Positions 29,745 through 40,423 of a stretch of 64,000 bases of DNA are shown in pieces (the first letter of the stretch is position 1; each line of letters opens with the position of its first letter). Under the pieces are notes generated by a model. The model was not told where the DNA came from, did not search any database, and was given only the letters and a program-made list of their open reading frames with translations. Source of the DNA: an uncultured Gemmatimonadales bacterium (GTDB lineage Bacteria > Gemmatimonadota > Gemmatimonadetes > Gemmatimonadales > GWC2-71-9); NCBI GenBank assembly GCA_963695555.1, contig CAVOGR010000002.1, positions 448,001 to 512,000 of the forward strand, written 5' to 3'. A program made the translations under genes and the position numbers.

Positions 29745-31287
29745 CACCGCCGTACCCAAGCGTCCCGGCCCGATCTATAGCGGCTACGCGCTCGCGCTAT
29801 TGGCCTTCATCAATATCCTCAACTATCTCGATCGCAACGTCATCTTCGCGTTGTTCGAGCCGATCAAGCGCGACCTGTCTTTGACTGACACCCAACTTGG
29901 GTGGCTCGCCTCGGCCTATGTACTGGTCTTTTCCCTGTCGGCGCTCCCGTTCGGGGTGTTGAGCGACCTGCGTTCCCGCCGCGCCGTGATCTCGGGCGGG
30001 GTGGCCCTCTGGAGTGCGTTCACCTTCATGAGTGGTTGGGTTCGGGGCTTCTGGCAGTTGTTCCTCTGCCGGGCGTCGGTTGGCATCGGCGAGGCTGCCT
30101 ATGGGCCGGCCTCCCAGTCCCTCGTCGCCGACTACTACCCTGGCCGCGGGCGCGCGCTTGCGATGGGCATTCTCATGTCGGGGGTTGCCCTTGGCGGGGT
30201 CCTCGGCATCCTGCTCGGGGGCGTGCTCGAGGCTCGATATGGATGGCGCGTCGCGTTCATGGCGGTCGCCGTTCCCGGGTTTTTCGCCGCGATCCTGGCG
30301 GGCCGGCTCAAGGACCCGACCCGGCCGCCAGGCCCGATTTCGGTCCGCAAGTATTTCCAGGACTTCGAAATTGGCGTATCGACCGTGGTTCGCCAGTTCA
30401 CCCCCGTCATCGTGTGGTCGACCGTCGGTGGTGTGGTGGCGGTCGTGCTCGACCTGCTGTTCGGCGCGGAGTCCAACCTCGACGTTGCGGTGTTCGGCGC
30501 CTTTGCCGGCCTCGGACTGGCGTTCAACATCCGGCGCTGGGTCAAGCAGATCCAGGCCGATCACATCGACGCGACGCCGTTTGGCGGGCAGGTCGGTTCG
30601 GCCTTCGAGGACATGCTCGGCGCCATTCAATTCGTGCTCCGCACGCCGACCTTGGTCTATCTGTTCGTCGGCGGAGCCTTTATCTCGTTCGGACTGAACG
30701 GGCTCGTTGGATGGGCCCCGACGTTCACCTCACGAGAACTGGGGCTGTCGCCCGCAGCGGCATCCGTGCTGTTGGGGAAATGGGGCCTCTTATTCGGCAC
30801 GCTTGGCACGTTGGTTGGGGGCTTCGTGGCGGACTGGACGCGGCGCTACACCAGGATCGGCCGGGTCCTCACTATCGTGTTCGGCCTCGTGACCGGCGGC
30901 ACCCTGGCACTGTGGCTGCTCACGGTGCGCGACCTTCGGTTGTTCGTTCCGGTATTCAGTGCCTCGTTCTTTTTCCTGACGTGGTACAATGGTCCCCTTT
31001 CAGCCGTGATCTTCGACGTCGTGCCTGCTCGGATCGGCGCGACGGTTATCGGAGCCTATCTCCTCTTCATTCATCTCGTCGGCGACGCAATCGCGTTTCC
31101 GGTTGTGGGCATGCTGTCCGACAAGTTTGGGATCGATCGGGCCATTCTCCTCCTGCCCATCGTGGCCCTGGTCGGCGGGCTCGTCACGCTTGGTGCAGCC
31201 ACTACCGTCATCCGGGACATGGACCGCGCGTCCCACCGTGTGACCGGGATGTTCCGTCGACCGAAGGGCATCGTTCCGGAAGCTTAG
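29734..31287 (+). CDS. MFS transporter, spinster-like
   Basis: NYLDR, SDLRSRR (motif A), GIGEA. The start is GTG 29734 or ATG 29692. Confidence 0.88.
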   Translation: MPGSTAVPKRPGPIYSGYALALLAFINILNYLDRNVIFALFEPIKRDLSLTDTQLGWLASAYVLVFSLSALPFGVLSDLRSRRAVISGGVALWSAFTFMSGWVRGFWQLFLCRASVGIGEAAYGPASQSLVADYYPGRGRALAMGILMSGVALGGVLGILLGGVLEARYGWRVAFMAVAVPGFFAAILAGRLKDPTRPPGPISVRKYFQDFEIGVSTVVRQFTPVIVWSTVGGVVAVVLDLLFGAESNLDVAVFGAFAGLGLAFNIRRWVKQIQADHIDATPFGGQVGSAFEDMLGAIQFVLRTPTLVYLFVGGAFISFGLNGLVGWAPTFTSRELGLSPAAASVLLGKWGLLFGTLGTLVGGFVADWTRRYTRIGRVLTIVFGLVTGGTLALWLLTVRDLRLFVPVFSASFFFLTWYNGPLSAVIFDVVPARIGATVIGAYLLFIHLVGDAIAFPVVGMLSDKFGIDRAILLLPIVALVGGLVTLGAATTVIRDMDRASHRVTGMFRRPKGIVPEA

Positions 31288-31293
31288 GTTTGC

Positions 31294-31650
31294 TCAGCGC
31301 CCCGCGGTCTTGTACATCAGGTCGACCAGCTCATCGTACATCCCCTCGGCTCTGGCCGAATCGTCGGAGCGAATAGCCGCGGTGGCACAGTGGGCCAAGT
31401 GGTTGCGCAACAGCGCGCGCCCCGCCCCCCGGAGCGCCTCCTGCACCGACGAGATCTGCATGAGGACGTCGGCGCAATAGCGCTCGTCCTCCACCATGCG
31501 TTGGAGCCCGCGGAGCTGCCCTTCGATGCGGCGCAGCCGATTCAGCACCGCGCGTTTGATGTGGGGATCCACCGCGACGGCCTTCCGATCCGGACCCTCG
31601 GTGGCGCAGGCGCATGGGACCGTGGTGGGAGCTGTCGAATCCATAGTCAT
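31294..31650 (-). CDS. csoR: CsoR family copper-sensing repressor
   Basis: RLRRIEGQLRG...YCADV...NHLAHC (x-C-H-C fingerprint). Confidence 0.93.
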   Translation of the reverse strand: MTMDSTAPTTVPCACATEGPDRKAVAVDPHIKRAVLNRLRRIEGQLRGLQRMVEDERYCADVLMQISSVQEALRGAGRALLRNHLAHCATAAIRSDDSARAEGMYDELVDLMYKTAGR

Positions 31651-31660
31651 CCTTTCTCGC

Positions 31661-33898
31661 TCAGGCCGTTCTCAACCGCAGGCTGTTGCTGACGACACTC
31701 ACCGAGCTGGCCGCCATGGCAGCCCCGGCGATAGTCGGGGTCAGCAGCAGCCCGAAGACCGGGTAGAGCACCCCCGCCGCGATCGGCACGCCGATCACAT
31801 TGTAGATGAATGCCCAGAACAGATTCTGCCGGATGACCCGAAGTGTGCGCCGCGCAAGCTCCAGTGCCTGCGGCACACCGGCCAGGTCGCCGCGCATCAG
31901 CGTGACCCCGCCCGCCTCGATTGCGACATCGGTGCCCGTTCCGATGGCGATCCCGACATCGGCCTGGGCCAGGGCCGGCGCGTCGTTCAGGCCGTCTCCG
32001 ACCATGGCAACCACCTTGCCGTCCTGCTGCAAGCGGCGAATGACGGCGAGCTTCTCATCGGGCAGCACCTCGGCGATGACCCGGTCGATGCCCGTCGCTC
32101 GGGCAACGCTCTCGGCCGTTCGCCGAGCATCGCCGGTGAGCATCACGACCTCGAGCCCGAGCCGGTGGAGTCGCTCGATGGCGGCCGCACTGGAACCCTT
32201 GATGGGGTCCGCAATCGCGAGGAGGCCGGCGAGCGCACCATCGAGCGCGACGAACACCGCAGTTGCACCGCCGGCTGCAAGCGCATCGGCTCGATCAATG
32301 AGAGGTGCCGGGTCGATGTTTCTCGCATGCATGAGCCCCGAGTTTCCGATGACCACTTCCCGTCCCTCTACCGCACCGAGCACACCCTGGCCCGCGAACA
32401 CCTCGAACCGGTCGGGCTCGCGGAGCTCGATGCCTTCACGGGCTGCGGCGTCTACGATGGCCTCCGCAAGCGGATGCTCGCTCCGGCGCTCAAGCGAGGC
32501 AACGAGCCTGAGGATCGTCGCCCGGTCCGCGGCGATGGCGATGACTTCGGTGACCGTGGGCCGTCCTTCGGTGACCGTCCCCGTCTTATCCACCACCACG
32601 ACGTCCAGTTCGCTGGCGCGCTGGAGGACGTCTCCACCTTTGAAGAGGACGCCCCGTTCCGCTCCTCGTCCGGTGGCTACCATGACCGCGGTAGGGACCG
32701 CCAGGCCCATGGCACACGGACAGGCGATGACCAGCACGGTCACGGCAGCCGCCAAGGCATGGACATACCAGGGGCCTGGGCCGATATCGAACCAGATTAC
32801 GAACGTCGCAATGGCAATGCAGAGAATGACAGGAACGAAGACCGCCGAGACCCGGTCGGCGAGATGTTGGATCGGTGCCTTGGCCCCTTGCGCCTGCTGC
32901 ACTAAGCGCACGATTTGCGAGAGCACCGTCGCGGCGCCCGTTGCCGTGACGCGCACCTTGAGCGCGCCGTTCCGGTTCAGGGTTGCGCCGACCACGGTAT
33001 CCCCGGTCTCCTTGTCGACCGGGAGCGGCTCTCCAGTGAGCATCGACTCATCGACGTTGCTTCGCCCTTCGATCACTGTTCCGTCGGCTGGGATTTTCTC
33101 GCCGGGCCTCACCACGACAACGTCTCCCACCGCCAGATCCGAGAGCGAAACCTCGACTTCCGTACCGTCGCGGAGAACACGCGCGGTGCGCGGGCGAAGT
33201 CCCAGCAGCTTGCGGATGGCTTGGGAGGTCCGTCCCTTTGCCTTGGCTTCGAGCAGGTTGCCGAGGAGGACCAAAGCAATGACCCACACGACCGCCTCGT
33301 AATACACGTGTGGTTCCAATCCTCGTGCGGCGAACCACTCGGCCGCCAGAGTCGTGGCGAGGCTGAACCCGAATGCCGCTCCGGTGCCCACGGCGATGAG
33401 CGTACTCATGTCCGCACTGTGGTGCCTGAACCCCGCCCAGGCTCTCGTGTAGAAATGGCGCCCCGCCCAAAACACGACCGGGAGTGAAATACCCAGCAGG
33501 ATCAGATTGGTGATCCTCATGTCCCACCCGGTTGGAATGACCATGAGGCCCATCGCGACTACGGCAGCGACCCCGCTCACCACGACCTTCCGCCCGAGCG
33601 TCGTGATTTCCTCCGCACGCGTCTCATCCTGTGCGGTTACGAGATCCTCAGGGGTCACCGCGGCACGTGGGACCTCGGCGCCGTAGCCGGTGTCGCGGAT
33701 GACCTCGACTAGCCCCACCGGATCGATTGCTCCCGGGTCGAAATCGACCGTCGCCTGATTGGTCATGAGGTTCACGTTGGCCGCACTCACTCCTGGGGTG
33801 CGCTCGAGTGCGCGCTGCACCCGGGCGCTGCACGCGGCACAGGTCATCCCCGTGACCGAGATGTCACAATGCTCCAGCTGGTCAGTTGTGGCCGTCAT
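31661..33898 (-). CDS. copA: Cu(I)-translocating P1B-1 ATPase
   Basis: GMTCAAC HMA domain, TGEP, CPC, DKTGT, SEHPL, GDGLND, YN and MxxSS. Confidence 0.96.
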   Translation of the reverse strand: MTATTDQLEHCDISVTGMTCAACSARVQRALERTPGVSAANVNLMTNQATVDFDPGAIDPVGLVEVIRDTGYGAEVPRAAVTPEDLVTAQDETRAEEITTLGRKVVVSGVAAVVAMGLMVIPTGWDMRITNLILLGISLPVVFWAGRHFYTRAWAGFRHHSADMSTLIAVGTGAAFGFSLATTLAAEWFAARGLEPHVYYEAVVWVIALVLLGNLLEAKAKGRTSQAIRKLLGLRPRTARVLRDGTEVEVSLSDLAVGDVVVVRPGEKIPADGTVIEGRSNVDESMLTGEPLPVDKETGDTVVGATLNRNGALKVRVTATGAATVLSQIVRLVQQAQGAKAPIQHLADRVSAVFVPVILCIAIATFVIWFDIGPGPWYVHALAAAVTVLVIACPCAMGLAVPTAVMVATGRGAERGVLFKGGDVLQRASELDVVVVDKTGTVTEGRPTVTEVIAIAADRATILRLVASLERRSEHPLAEAIVDAAAREGIELREPDRFEVFAGQGVLGAVEGREVVIGNSGLMHARNIDPAPLIDRADALAAGGATAVFVALDGALAGLLAIADPIKGSSAAAIERLHRLGLEVVMLTGDARRTAESVARATGIDRVIAEVLPDEKLAVIRRLQQDGKVVAMVGDGLNDAPALAQADVGIAIGTGTDVAIEAGGVTLMRGDLAGVPQALELARRTLRVIRQNLFWAFIYNVIGVPIAAGVLYPVFGLLLTPTIAGAAMAASSVSVVSNSLRLRTA

Positions 33899-34286
33899 TC
33901 GACACCTCGTCTTGAACGACCAGCCGTCCGTGCACCATGCCCATGCCGCAGCTGAAGGCGAATGTGCCCGATTCGGTGGGTGTGAATTGAATCGCCGTCG
34001 TCTGGTAGGCCGGCAGATATTGCCGGATGCCGAAATCCTCCAACACCACTTCCTCGGTACAGCTATCGGTGTCGGCGCGGTGGAACAGGAGCTCGACGGG
34101 GAGCCCGCGGCGGACCGTGACCGTCGACGGCGCGTACCCGCCAAGGACCTCGATCGCCACCCGCTGAATCCCAGCGGCACCCAGCCGTGCGGTGGCCCCG
34201 GCTCTCGCGGCCAGGAAGAAGTAGTAGATCACCCATGCGATCGCGCCGGCGCCGCCGAGCGTTACCACCCACTGGGACGCGGTCAT
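33882..34286 (-). CDS. Membrane-anchored cupredoxin-domain protein (CupA-like)
   Basis: N-terminal [23 protein letters not shown]. Confidence 0.88.
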   Translation of the reverse strand: MTASQWVVTLGGAGAIAWVIYYFFLAARAGATARLGAAGIQRVAIEVLGGYAPSTVTVRRGLPVELLFHRADTDSCTEEVVLEDFGIRQYLPAYQTTAIQFTPTESGTFAFSCGMGMVHGRLVVQDEVSNDGHN

Positions 34287-34513
34287 ACGGCCGACGGATC
34301 GCTCGGTTCCGCGGCGGCGGCCTGGTAGCCGGCGTCTCGGACGGCCGCGAGGACCTGCTCGGGCCCGAGCGCGCCTGGGTCGTAGCGAACCGAGGCGTGA
34401 CCGATGTCCACCGATTCGACCTGTACCGCCTTCATCTCCTCCAGTGCGCGCCGGACCGCGCTGACACAGTGCCCGCAACTCATGCCGTCGATCGTGAGGG
34501 AAAGTGATTTCAT
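34283..34513 (-). CDS. copZ: Copper chaperone CopZ
   Basis: IDGMSCGHC...DAGY; GAGGAG RBS. Confidence 0.92.
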   Translation of the reverse strand: MKSLSLTIDGMSCGHCVSAVRRALEEMKAVQVESVDIGHASVRYDPGALGPEQVLAAVRDAGYQAAAAEPSDPSAV

Positions 34514-34544
34514 GCGCCTGCTCCTCGGCAGTGGTTTGGAGACA

Positions 34545-34573
34545 ACGATATATAGGGGGGAGGGGTATGTCAA
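34545..34573 (-). promoter_or_regulatory. Sigma70 promoter of the cop operon with a probable CsoR operator in the spacer
   Basis: Minus strand reads TTGACA-TACCCCTCCCCCCTATA(17 nt)-TATCGT, a C tract flanked by ATA/TAT. Confidence 0.8.
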
Positions 34574-34784
34574 GCTGCGACGCACCACGGCAGCCAAACA
34601 ACCGCCAAGTCGCTGTCGGAAAGGCCGTTAGGGCAGCACGCGGTAGTTAGTGCAAGAAGGGGATTGGCCCCCCCATGGCCGGTCGGCCGACGTGCAGTGG
34701 GCTTTGCCCCTAATCACATGTACCACAGGATGTTATGTCTAGTCGCCGGGAGATCGGGCACAACTTCTGCTACCCGTCCCTATT

Positions 34785-36425
34785 ATGAAAGACGACCCCG
34801 GCTCCCACGGCTCCAATCCTGGCTCCTGGCAGAGCCAGTTTGGCGCCCGCGTGCCCTTGCTCCGGCTGGATGGCGCCGGGTGGGACGACACGGCGTTGGA
34901 GACCTGGCGGGAGGCGCTGTCGAGCATGGTGGGTACCGACCTTGCCCATGATCTGCTGGCGCTCTGGCTCTATCCTCCGGACCACCCCGCGGTGCTGCTC
35001 GGTCCGCCGGCGCTGGCCGCGGACGCGCTCGATCTTCCCCGCCCCACCCCGCGGGTGGACGAGCGGGAACTCCACGCGGTTGAGCAAACCGTGCGGCACG
35101 CAGGCTATGGGTCGGCCATCTGCGTTGCCATCCCCCACGGGGACCGTGACGTGGGTCTCCTCTTGGTTGCGAACCTTCGGCACGGGGAATACGGGTCTCC
35201 TGAGGCGATCTTCATTGAGCAGGCCGCCGGAGAGCTTGGGCCCATCCTGGCGCGACTCTCCCGGCAGTGGGTGGAAACAGTCGGGGACGGCCCATCGGAG
35301 CACCGCCAGCGAGGCGAGGCGAGTGGGATTTCCACCCGGGAGTTCAACGGCCTCATGGATACGCTCGGCGCGGCCATGCGCGATGCCGTCACACCGCGCC
35401 AGCTGACTCAGCTGATCGGCTCGGCAATCGAACACGTGCTCCCGTACGACGCGATCGAGCTGTTGATTCCCGATGAGGCGGCAGAGCAGCATTACCGATT
35501 GAGCGGCCACGTGCATGGGCTCTTGTGGTCGCATCCGTCCCTGGTCGTGACCCAATCCGACTTCGAACCCGGGCGACTGTTCGACGCCACCGACCACTTG
35601 CTCGTGACGGACGTCCAGGCCGACCGGCGAGCTCCGATCGGAGGGTTCCGCCAGGATCCCAGCGAGGAACTCCATATCAGATCGGTCATCGGCGTCCGCC
35701 TGACGGGCTCGGGAGGAGGGGTTCTCGGGTATTTGCTGCTCGGAAACTCAGGTCCGGACTTCTACTGGGAGGAAGACGTTGATCTTCTTGGTCGGATCGG
35801 CGCCGTGGTTTCGCCCCGCGTGGAGGGCCTCATGCTGGCCTGGGAGCTCGATGTGCTGCAGTCCCATCTCGGAGTTCTGCGAAGCGCCCCAGCACATCTC
35901 GGACGCATCGCCGAAATCCTGGCGACGACCGCGCACTTGAGCGCGGCCACTCGCCTGGTTGCCCAGGAAGCCGCGGCGGTCCTGCCGTTCACCCAATGCG
36001 AATTTGCACTGCGGCTCGGGGGGGACGAGGAAGTCGTTGTGTTCGAACCGGGTGAAACCCGTCCGCTATCGCAGCTGCCGGTCATGCGATACACCGGCAC
36101 GGAGTTGGGACGGGTCCTCGACGGCGAGCTGAGTCACGCCTTCGCCGAGGCGCGCCGTTCGCCTGCCGTTGGAGGGTCCGCGGCGCTCCAGCCGACCGCA
36201 GCGGTGGTGGTGCCGTTGCGGGTGGGTGGGCGCGTGTTCGGAACCATGACCCTCCTCGCCACCGGGAAGCAGTCGTTCACCCGCGCCGATGTGTCCCTTG
36301 CGCAGCAACTTGCGGATGTCATTGCGCCCCATCTCGAACTCCTGCGCCAAGGGAGGGTCCCGGCCCGCACCTCCTCGCAGGCCTGGCGCCGGGTGACCCA
36401 ACCCGAGGGCAACCGACCGGCCTGA
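34785..36425 (+). CDS. Stand-alone multi-GAF domain protein
   Basis: Three GAF-like ends (SAICVAI...GLLLV; SVIGVRL...LGYLLLG...EDVDLL; VVVPLRVGGRVFGTMTL...FTRADVSLAQQLAD). No output domain is seen. Confidence 0.75.
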   Translation: MKDDPGSHGSNPGSWQSQFGARVPLLRLDGAGWDDTALETWREALSSMVGTDLAHDLLALWLYPPDHPAVLLGPPALAADALDLPRPTPRVDERELHAVEQTVRHAGYGSAICVAIPHGDRDVGLLLVANLRHGEYGSPEAIFIEQAAGELGPILARLSRQWVETVGDGPSEHRQRGEASGISTREFNGLMDTLGAAMRDAVTPRQLTQLIGSAIEHVLPYDAIELLIPDEAAEQHYRLSGHVHGLLWSHPSLVVTQSDFEPGRLFDATDHLLVTDVQADRRAPIGGFRQDPSEELHIRSVIGVRLTGSGGGVLGYLLLGNSGPDFYWEEDVDLLGRIGAVVSPRVEGLMLAWELDVLQSHLGVLRSAPAHLGRIAEILATTAHLSAATRLVAQEAAAVLPFTQCEFALRLGGDEEVVVFEPGETRPLSQLPVMRYTGTELGRVLDGELSHAFAEARRSPAVGGSAALQPTAAVVVPLRVGGRVFGTMTLLATGKQSFTRADVSLAQQLADVIAPHLELLRQGRVPARTSSQAWRRVTQPEGNRPA

Positions 36426-36547
36426 ACCGTCCTTCGCAGTCCTTTCCTCGATTCTTCATCCAACTGATTCCTGATTAGATGGAATCCACCATCAGGGTGG
36501 ATCCGTATGGTCTTAGTATCCAATTCCTCCTTGTGTGAGCGTGAGCC

Positions 36548-38513
36548 ATGATCTCCGGTGCCCGAACCTTCATCTCGATTGTTGCCTGTGCTCTGGCGGC
36601 CACCATGTCACTCGAGGGCCAGGAGCCGCCCTCGCCCTCGCGCTCCGTCCCGGAAGGCAATCAGGCGATGTTCGCCCCTCTGGCGGTGACGCCAGCCACT
36701 GACGTCCGCACGGGTAGCGGGGTGCCTGGGTCGGACTACTGGCAGCAACGGGCCGACTATGACATCCAGGTCTCCCTCGATTCCGAGACCCACCGGATAT
36801 CGGGTCGAGAACGAATCACTTACACCAACAACTCGCCGGACGACCTCCATTTCCTGTGGTTGCAGCTCGACCAGAACCTCTTCGCCCCCACCAGCCGTGG
36901 CGCCGTCATGAATGTCTTCGGCCAGCGGGGGGGCGGGGTTCCGTTCGAAGGGGGCTACGCGTTTGACCAGGTAGCCATCGTGCAGGACGGCCAGCGGGCC
37001 GAACCGCATTATCTAGTCACGGACACCCGCATGCGGATCGACCTCGAGCGCCCCTTGAATGCGCGGGGCGGGATGGTGCAAATCGACATTGGCTGGTCGT
37101 TCGTCGTGCCGCCGCAGGGAGGCCGGATGGGACGGCTCGAAACCGAGGACGGCTGGCTCTACACCATTGCGCAATGGAATCCGCGCATGGCGGTCTACGA
37201 CGATGTCAGCGGGTGGAACACCATGCCGTACCTTGGGTCAGGCGAGTTCTACCTCGAGTACGGTACCTTTGATGTCGCGCTCACGGTTCCCCGAGATTTC
37301 GTCGTCGTGGCGACGGGCGAGCTTCAGAATCCACGCGACGTGCTCACCCGCGAGCAACAGCAGCGCCTCGATCGGGCGCGCCGAAGCTCCGAGCGCGTGT
37401 ACGTGGTCGCGCCCGACGAAGTGGGCTCGCCTGCGACGCGGCCGTCCGGTCAGGGTCCGCTCACCTGGCGCTTTCACGCTGAAAAGGTGCGAGACTTTTC
37501 GTGGGCCGCGAGCCGGTCGTTCATTTGGGATGCCGCGTCGTGGGACAATGTCCTCATCATGTCGGCCTATCCCAAAGAAGGCCTCGGGACCGAGCCGAAC
37601 CCCGGTTGGGAGCGATCAACCGAGTACTCGCTGCACACCATCAAATATTATTCCACCGAGTGGTTCCGATACCCCTATCCGGTCGCCATCAACGTCGCGG
37701 GCCCGGTGGGAGGCATGGAATACCCGATGATCGTGTTCTGCTCCGTGCGTGCGCGCGGTCAAGGGCTGTTCGGCGTAACCGATCATGAATTAGGACACAA
37801 TTGGTTCCCGATGATCGTTGGGAGCGACGAGCGGCGGCACGCATGGATGGACGAGGGGTTCAACACGTTCATCAACCACTACTCAAACCTGGCTTTCTAC
37901 GGGGAGGAGGCCAGCCGGTCCGGCCGTACCAACCCCGATGGTATCGCCCGGGCAATGAAGTCGCCCAATGCCACGCTGCCGATCATGACGTACCCCGATC
38001 ACATGGCGGGCCAGAACCTCGGATTCCTTGCGTATGCCAAGCCGGGCGCAGGGTTGGTGCTGCTACGTGATGTCGTTCTCGGGCGCGAACGGTTCGATCC
38101 GGCATTCCGGCAATACATCGCAGACTGGGCCTTCAAGCACCCCGAGCCCGCGGACTTCTTCCGGGCGATCGAGAACGGCGCCGGCGAGGACCTGAGCTGG
38201 TTCTGGCGCGGGTGGTTCTACAGCACGGAGGTGCTGGACCAGGCCGTCGACACGGTGGCCACGTAGTGACCAGGGGAGTCGCATCAGGCTGGCGAATCGG
38301 GGCGGGCTGGTCATGCCCGTGGAGGTGGAGGCCACCTTCACCGATGGCTCCAAGGAGCGATACTCGCTACCGGTCGAGATCTGGATCGGTCGTGACACCT
38401 ACACCCTGACGGTGCCCGGTCCCCGGACCGTCCAGTGTGCTACGGTCGATCCGGACGCCCAACTGCCGGATGTGGACCGGAGTAACAACGGGTGCGGGTT
38501 CGCTACACCCTAG
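36548..38513 (+). pseudogene. Secreted M1 family aminopeptidase with a 1-nt frameshift near 38260
   Basis: Signal peptide, GGMEYP, HELGH-x18-E. The frame stops at 38266, and the C-terminus (SDQGSRIRLANRGGLVMPVE...DVDRSNN) continues in another frame to 38513. Confidence 0.85.
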
Positions 38514-39364
38514 GCGGCTTCGGCCTGGGGCGCGGTCTGCGCCCCACGGCCGTTCCTCCGGGTCACTCGCTTGGCCAGCGAGGCCAACACTAAGAACACG
38601 CCGAACATACAGACCACCACCGGGCCGGTCGGGAGGTCGTAGCGGAAGCTCACAGCCAATCCCGCACCGGACGCGAGCACCCCGGCCGCCCAGGAGATGA
38701 TGGCGAGGGGCAGGTAGCGCCGGGTGAATTGAAAAGCGATGGCCGCGGGCACGACGAGGAAGGAGAACACCAGGAGCACGCCCGCAATCGGCACTGAAAA
38801 CGTGATCACCAGCCCGAACGACAGATAGAACCAAAAGTCCCACCACCGGATGTTCCAGCCGAACGCCACCGCCGAAGCCGGCTGGAATGAGATCGTCAAG
38901 AAGCGGTGTCGCAGGAACCAGTGCACTAGCCCGATCACCGCATACACGGCTGCGAGCCGCAGAATGTGCGGCCACGTGACCCAGAGCAGGGTGCCGACCA
39001 GGATGTCCTTAATGGCCTCGTTGCCCCCCGGCGTCCGGTCGGCGACCAGGATGGCCGCCGCGGACGCCACGACATACACGATGCCGATGATGGCCTCGTG
39101 CGGGACGAGTTCTTTGCCCTTGGTTCGCGTGAGGGCGAAGATCGCGGCTCCGATCGTGGTGAACCCGATTGCGTAAGCAAACGTTGCCGGGGAATCGTGG
39201 GGTGACCCGAGAAAGATGGCGACCGTGGTGCCCAACGCCGCCATCTGCGCCAGCGAGAGATCGACGAAAATCACTTCCCGCGCGATCACGTGCAGGCCCA
39301 AGTAGCTGTGGATTGCGACGATCACCATACACGCGGCGAGCGGGGGCAGGATCAGTTCGAGCAT
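38510..39364 (-). CDS. Metal (Zn/Mn-type) ABC permease
   Basis: YLGLHVIAREVIFVDLSLAQ, EAIIGIVY, GVLLVFSFLVVPA, DLPTGP. Confidence 0.9.
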   Translation of the reverse strand: MLELILPPLAACMVIVAIHSYLGLHVIAREVIFVDLSLAQMAALGTTVAIFLGSPHDSPATFAYAIGFTTIGAAIFALTRTKGKELVPHEAIIGIVYVVASAAAILVADRTPGGNEAIKDILVGTLLWVTWPHILRLAAVYAVIGLVHWFLRHRFLTISFQPASAVAFGWNIRWWDFWFYLSFGLVITFSVPIAGVLLVFSFLVVPAAIAFQFTRRYLPLAIISWAAGVLASGAGLAVSFRYDLPTGPVVVCMFGVFLVLASLAKRVTRRNGRGAQTAPQAEAA

Positions 39365-39377
39365 CGCGTTGTACCTC

Positions 39378-40397
39378 TCACTTGAATGCGGCGGCCAGCG
39401 CCGTGACCCAGGTGTCCATCAGCTGGAAATACGTCTCCACGCCGGGAGCGCCATGGGTGTTCTCGGGCACGATGACGGCCGTCGCGCCGGTCCGGTCGGC
39501 GACCTGCTTGATCTGCGAGCGGCTGAAGTAATTCGACGCGAGCAGCACGGGGATCCTTCGCTCTCGCATCAGACTAATGACGTCATGCACGTGCCGGGGG
39601 GTGGGCGGGATGCCCGGCTTCGGCTCGATGTACTCGACACAGGTGATCCGATACCGCCGGCTAAAGTAGGCCCATTCCTTGTGGTAACAGACTATCTCCT
39701 TGTCGCGAAAAATCTCGGCTGTCTTGAGCCAGCCCGTGAGTCGGCTCGACAGGGGCCGTCCGTCGAGCGTCGTGCGAGTCAGGAATGGCAGCAACTGGTC
39801 GTTGCGCAGGAGATCAAGGGCCGTTTGCGGAGTCAGGATGCGCACCACCTCCGCTCCCATGGTCGCCTCGAGGATGCGCCGCTCGAAGTCGGCCTCGCGT
39901 GCTCGGAAGTAGTCGGCATCTGCCGGCGCCACCCGCTCGAGGCCGCGCAGGATGTTCCGCGCAATCAGGATGGCGTTCAACGGGTCGGTATGAACGTGGG
40001 GATTGCCCGCGGCATGGATGTCTCCCTGGGCCCGGCTCACCGATGCGGGGATCTCGAGCAGTTCGATGCCGGCGTTGGCCGCTACATAGCCGCGACCGCC
40101 CTCGGCCACGTTTCGGTTGTTGGCCCGGTCGAGCAGCGCCGGAACCCAGAGTTCGAGGTCCATGCCCGTGGTCACGAACAGGTCGGCGTCACGCAACAGC
40201 GCCACGAAGCTGGGCTTGGGCTGCACGAAGTGAGGATCCTCATCGCCCTGGGCGATGGAGTTGACCGTGCCGCGGTCACCGACGATTTCACGGGCGATAG
40301 CGCCATACGTCGTGAGGCTGGTGACCACTTTGACCGGCGCCGGGGCCTGCGGCGGGCTGGAGAGGCCCAGAGCGAGAAACAGCATTGAGAGCAGCAT
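39378..40397 (-). CDS. Cluster A-I metal-binding protein (ZnuA/TroA family)
   Basis: Signal peptide; DPHF, GDIHAAGNPHVHTDP, YHKEW. Confidence 0.9.
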   Translation of the reverse strand: MLLSMLFLALGLSSPPQAPAPVKVVTSLTTYGAIAREIVGDRGTVNSIAQGDEDPHFVQPKPSFVALLRDADLFVTTGMDLELWVPALLDRANNRNVAEGGRGYVAANAGIELLEIPASVSRAQGDIHAAGNPHVHTDPLNAILIARNILRGLERVAPADADYFRAREADFERRILEATMGAEVVRILTPQTALDLLRNDQLLPFLTRTTLDGRPLSSRLTGWLKTAEIFRDKEIVCYHKEWAYFSRRYRITCVEYIEPKPGIPPTPRHVHDVISLMRERRIPVLLASNYFSRSQIKQVADRTGATAVIVPENTHGAPGVETYFQLMDTWVTALAAAFK

Positions 40398-40423
40398 GAT
40401 CTATCCTTCGCGCGCGGCGGCGC

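Noticed and set aside
29901..33302. Long alternative-frame or antisense ORFs (491, 469 and 498 aa)
   Set aside because: Typical high-GC shadow ORFs overlapping the MFS and copA genes, with no motifs.
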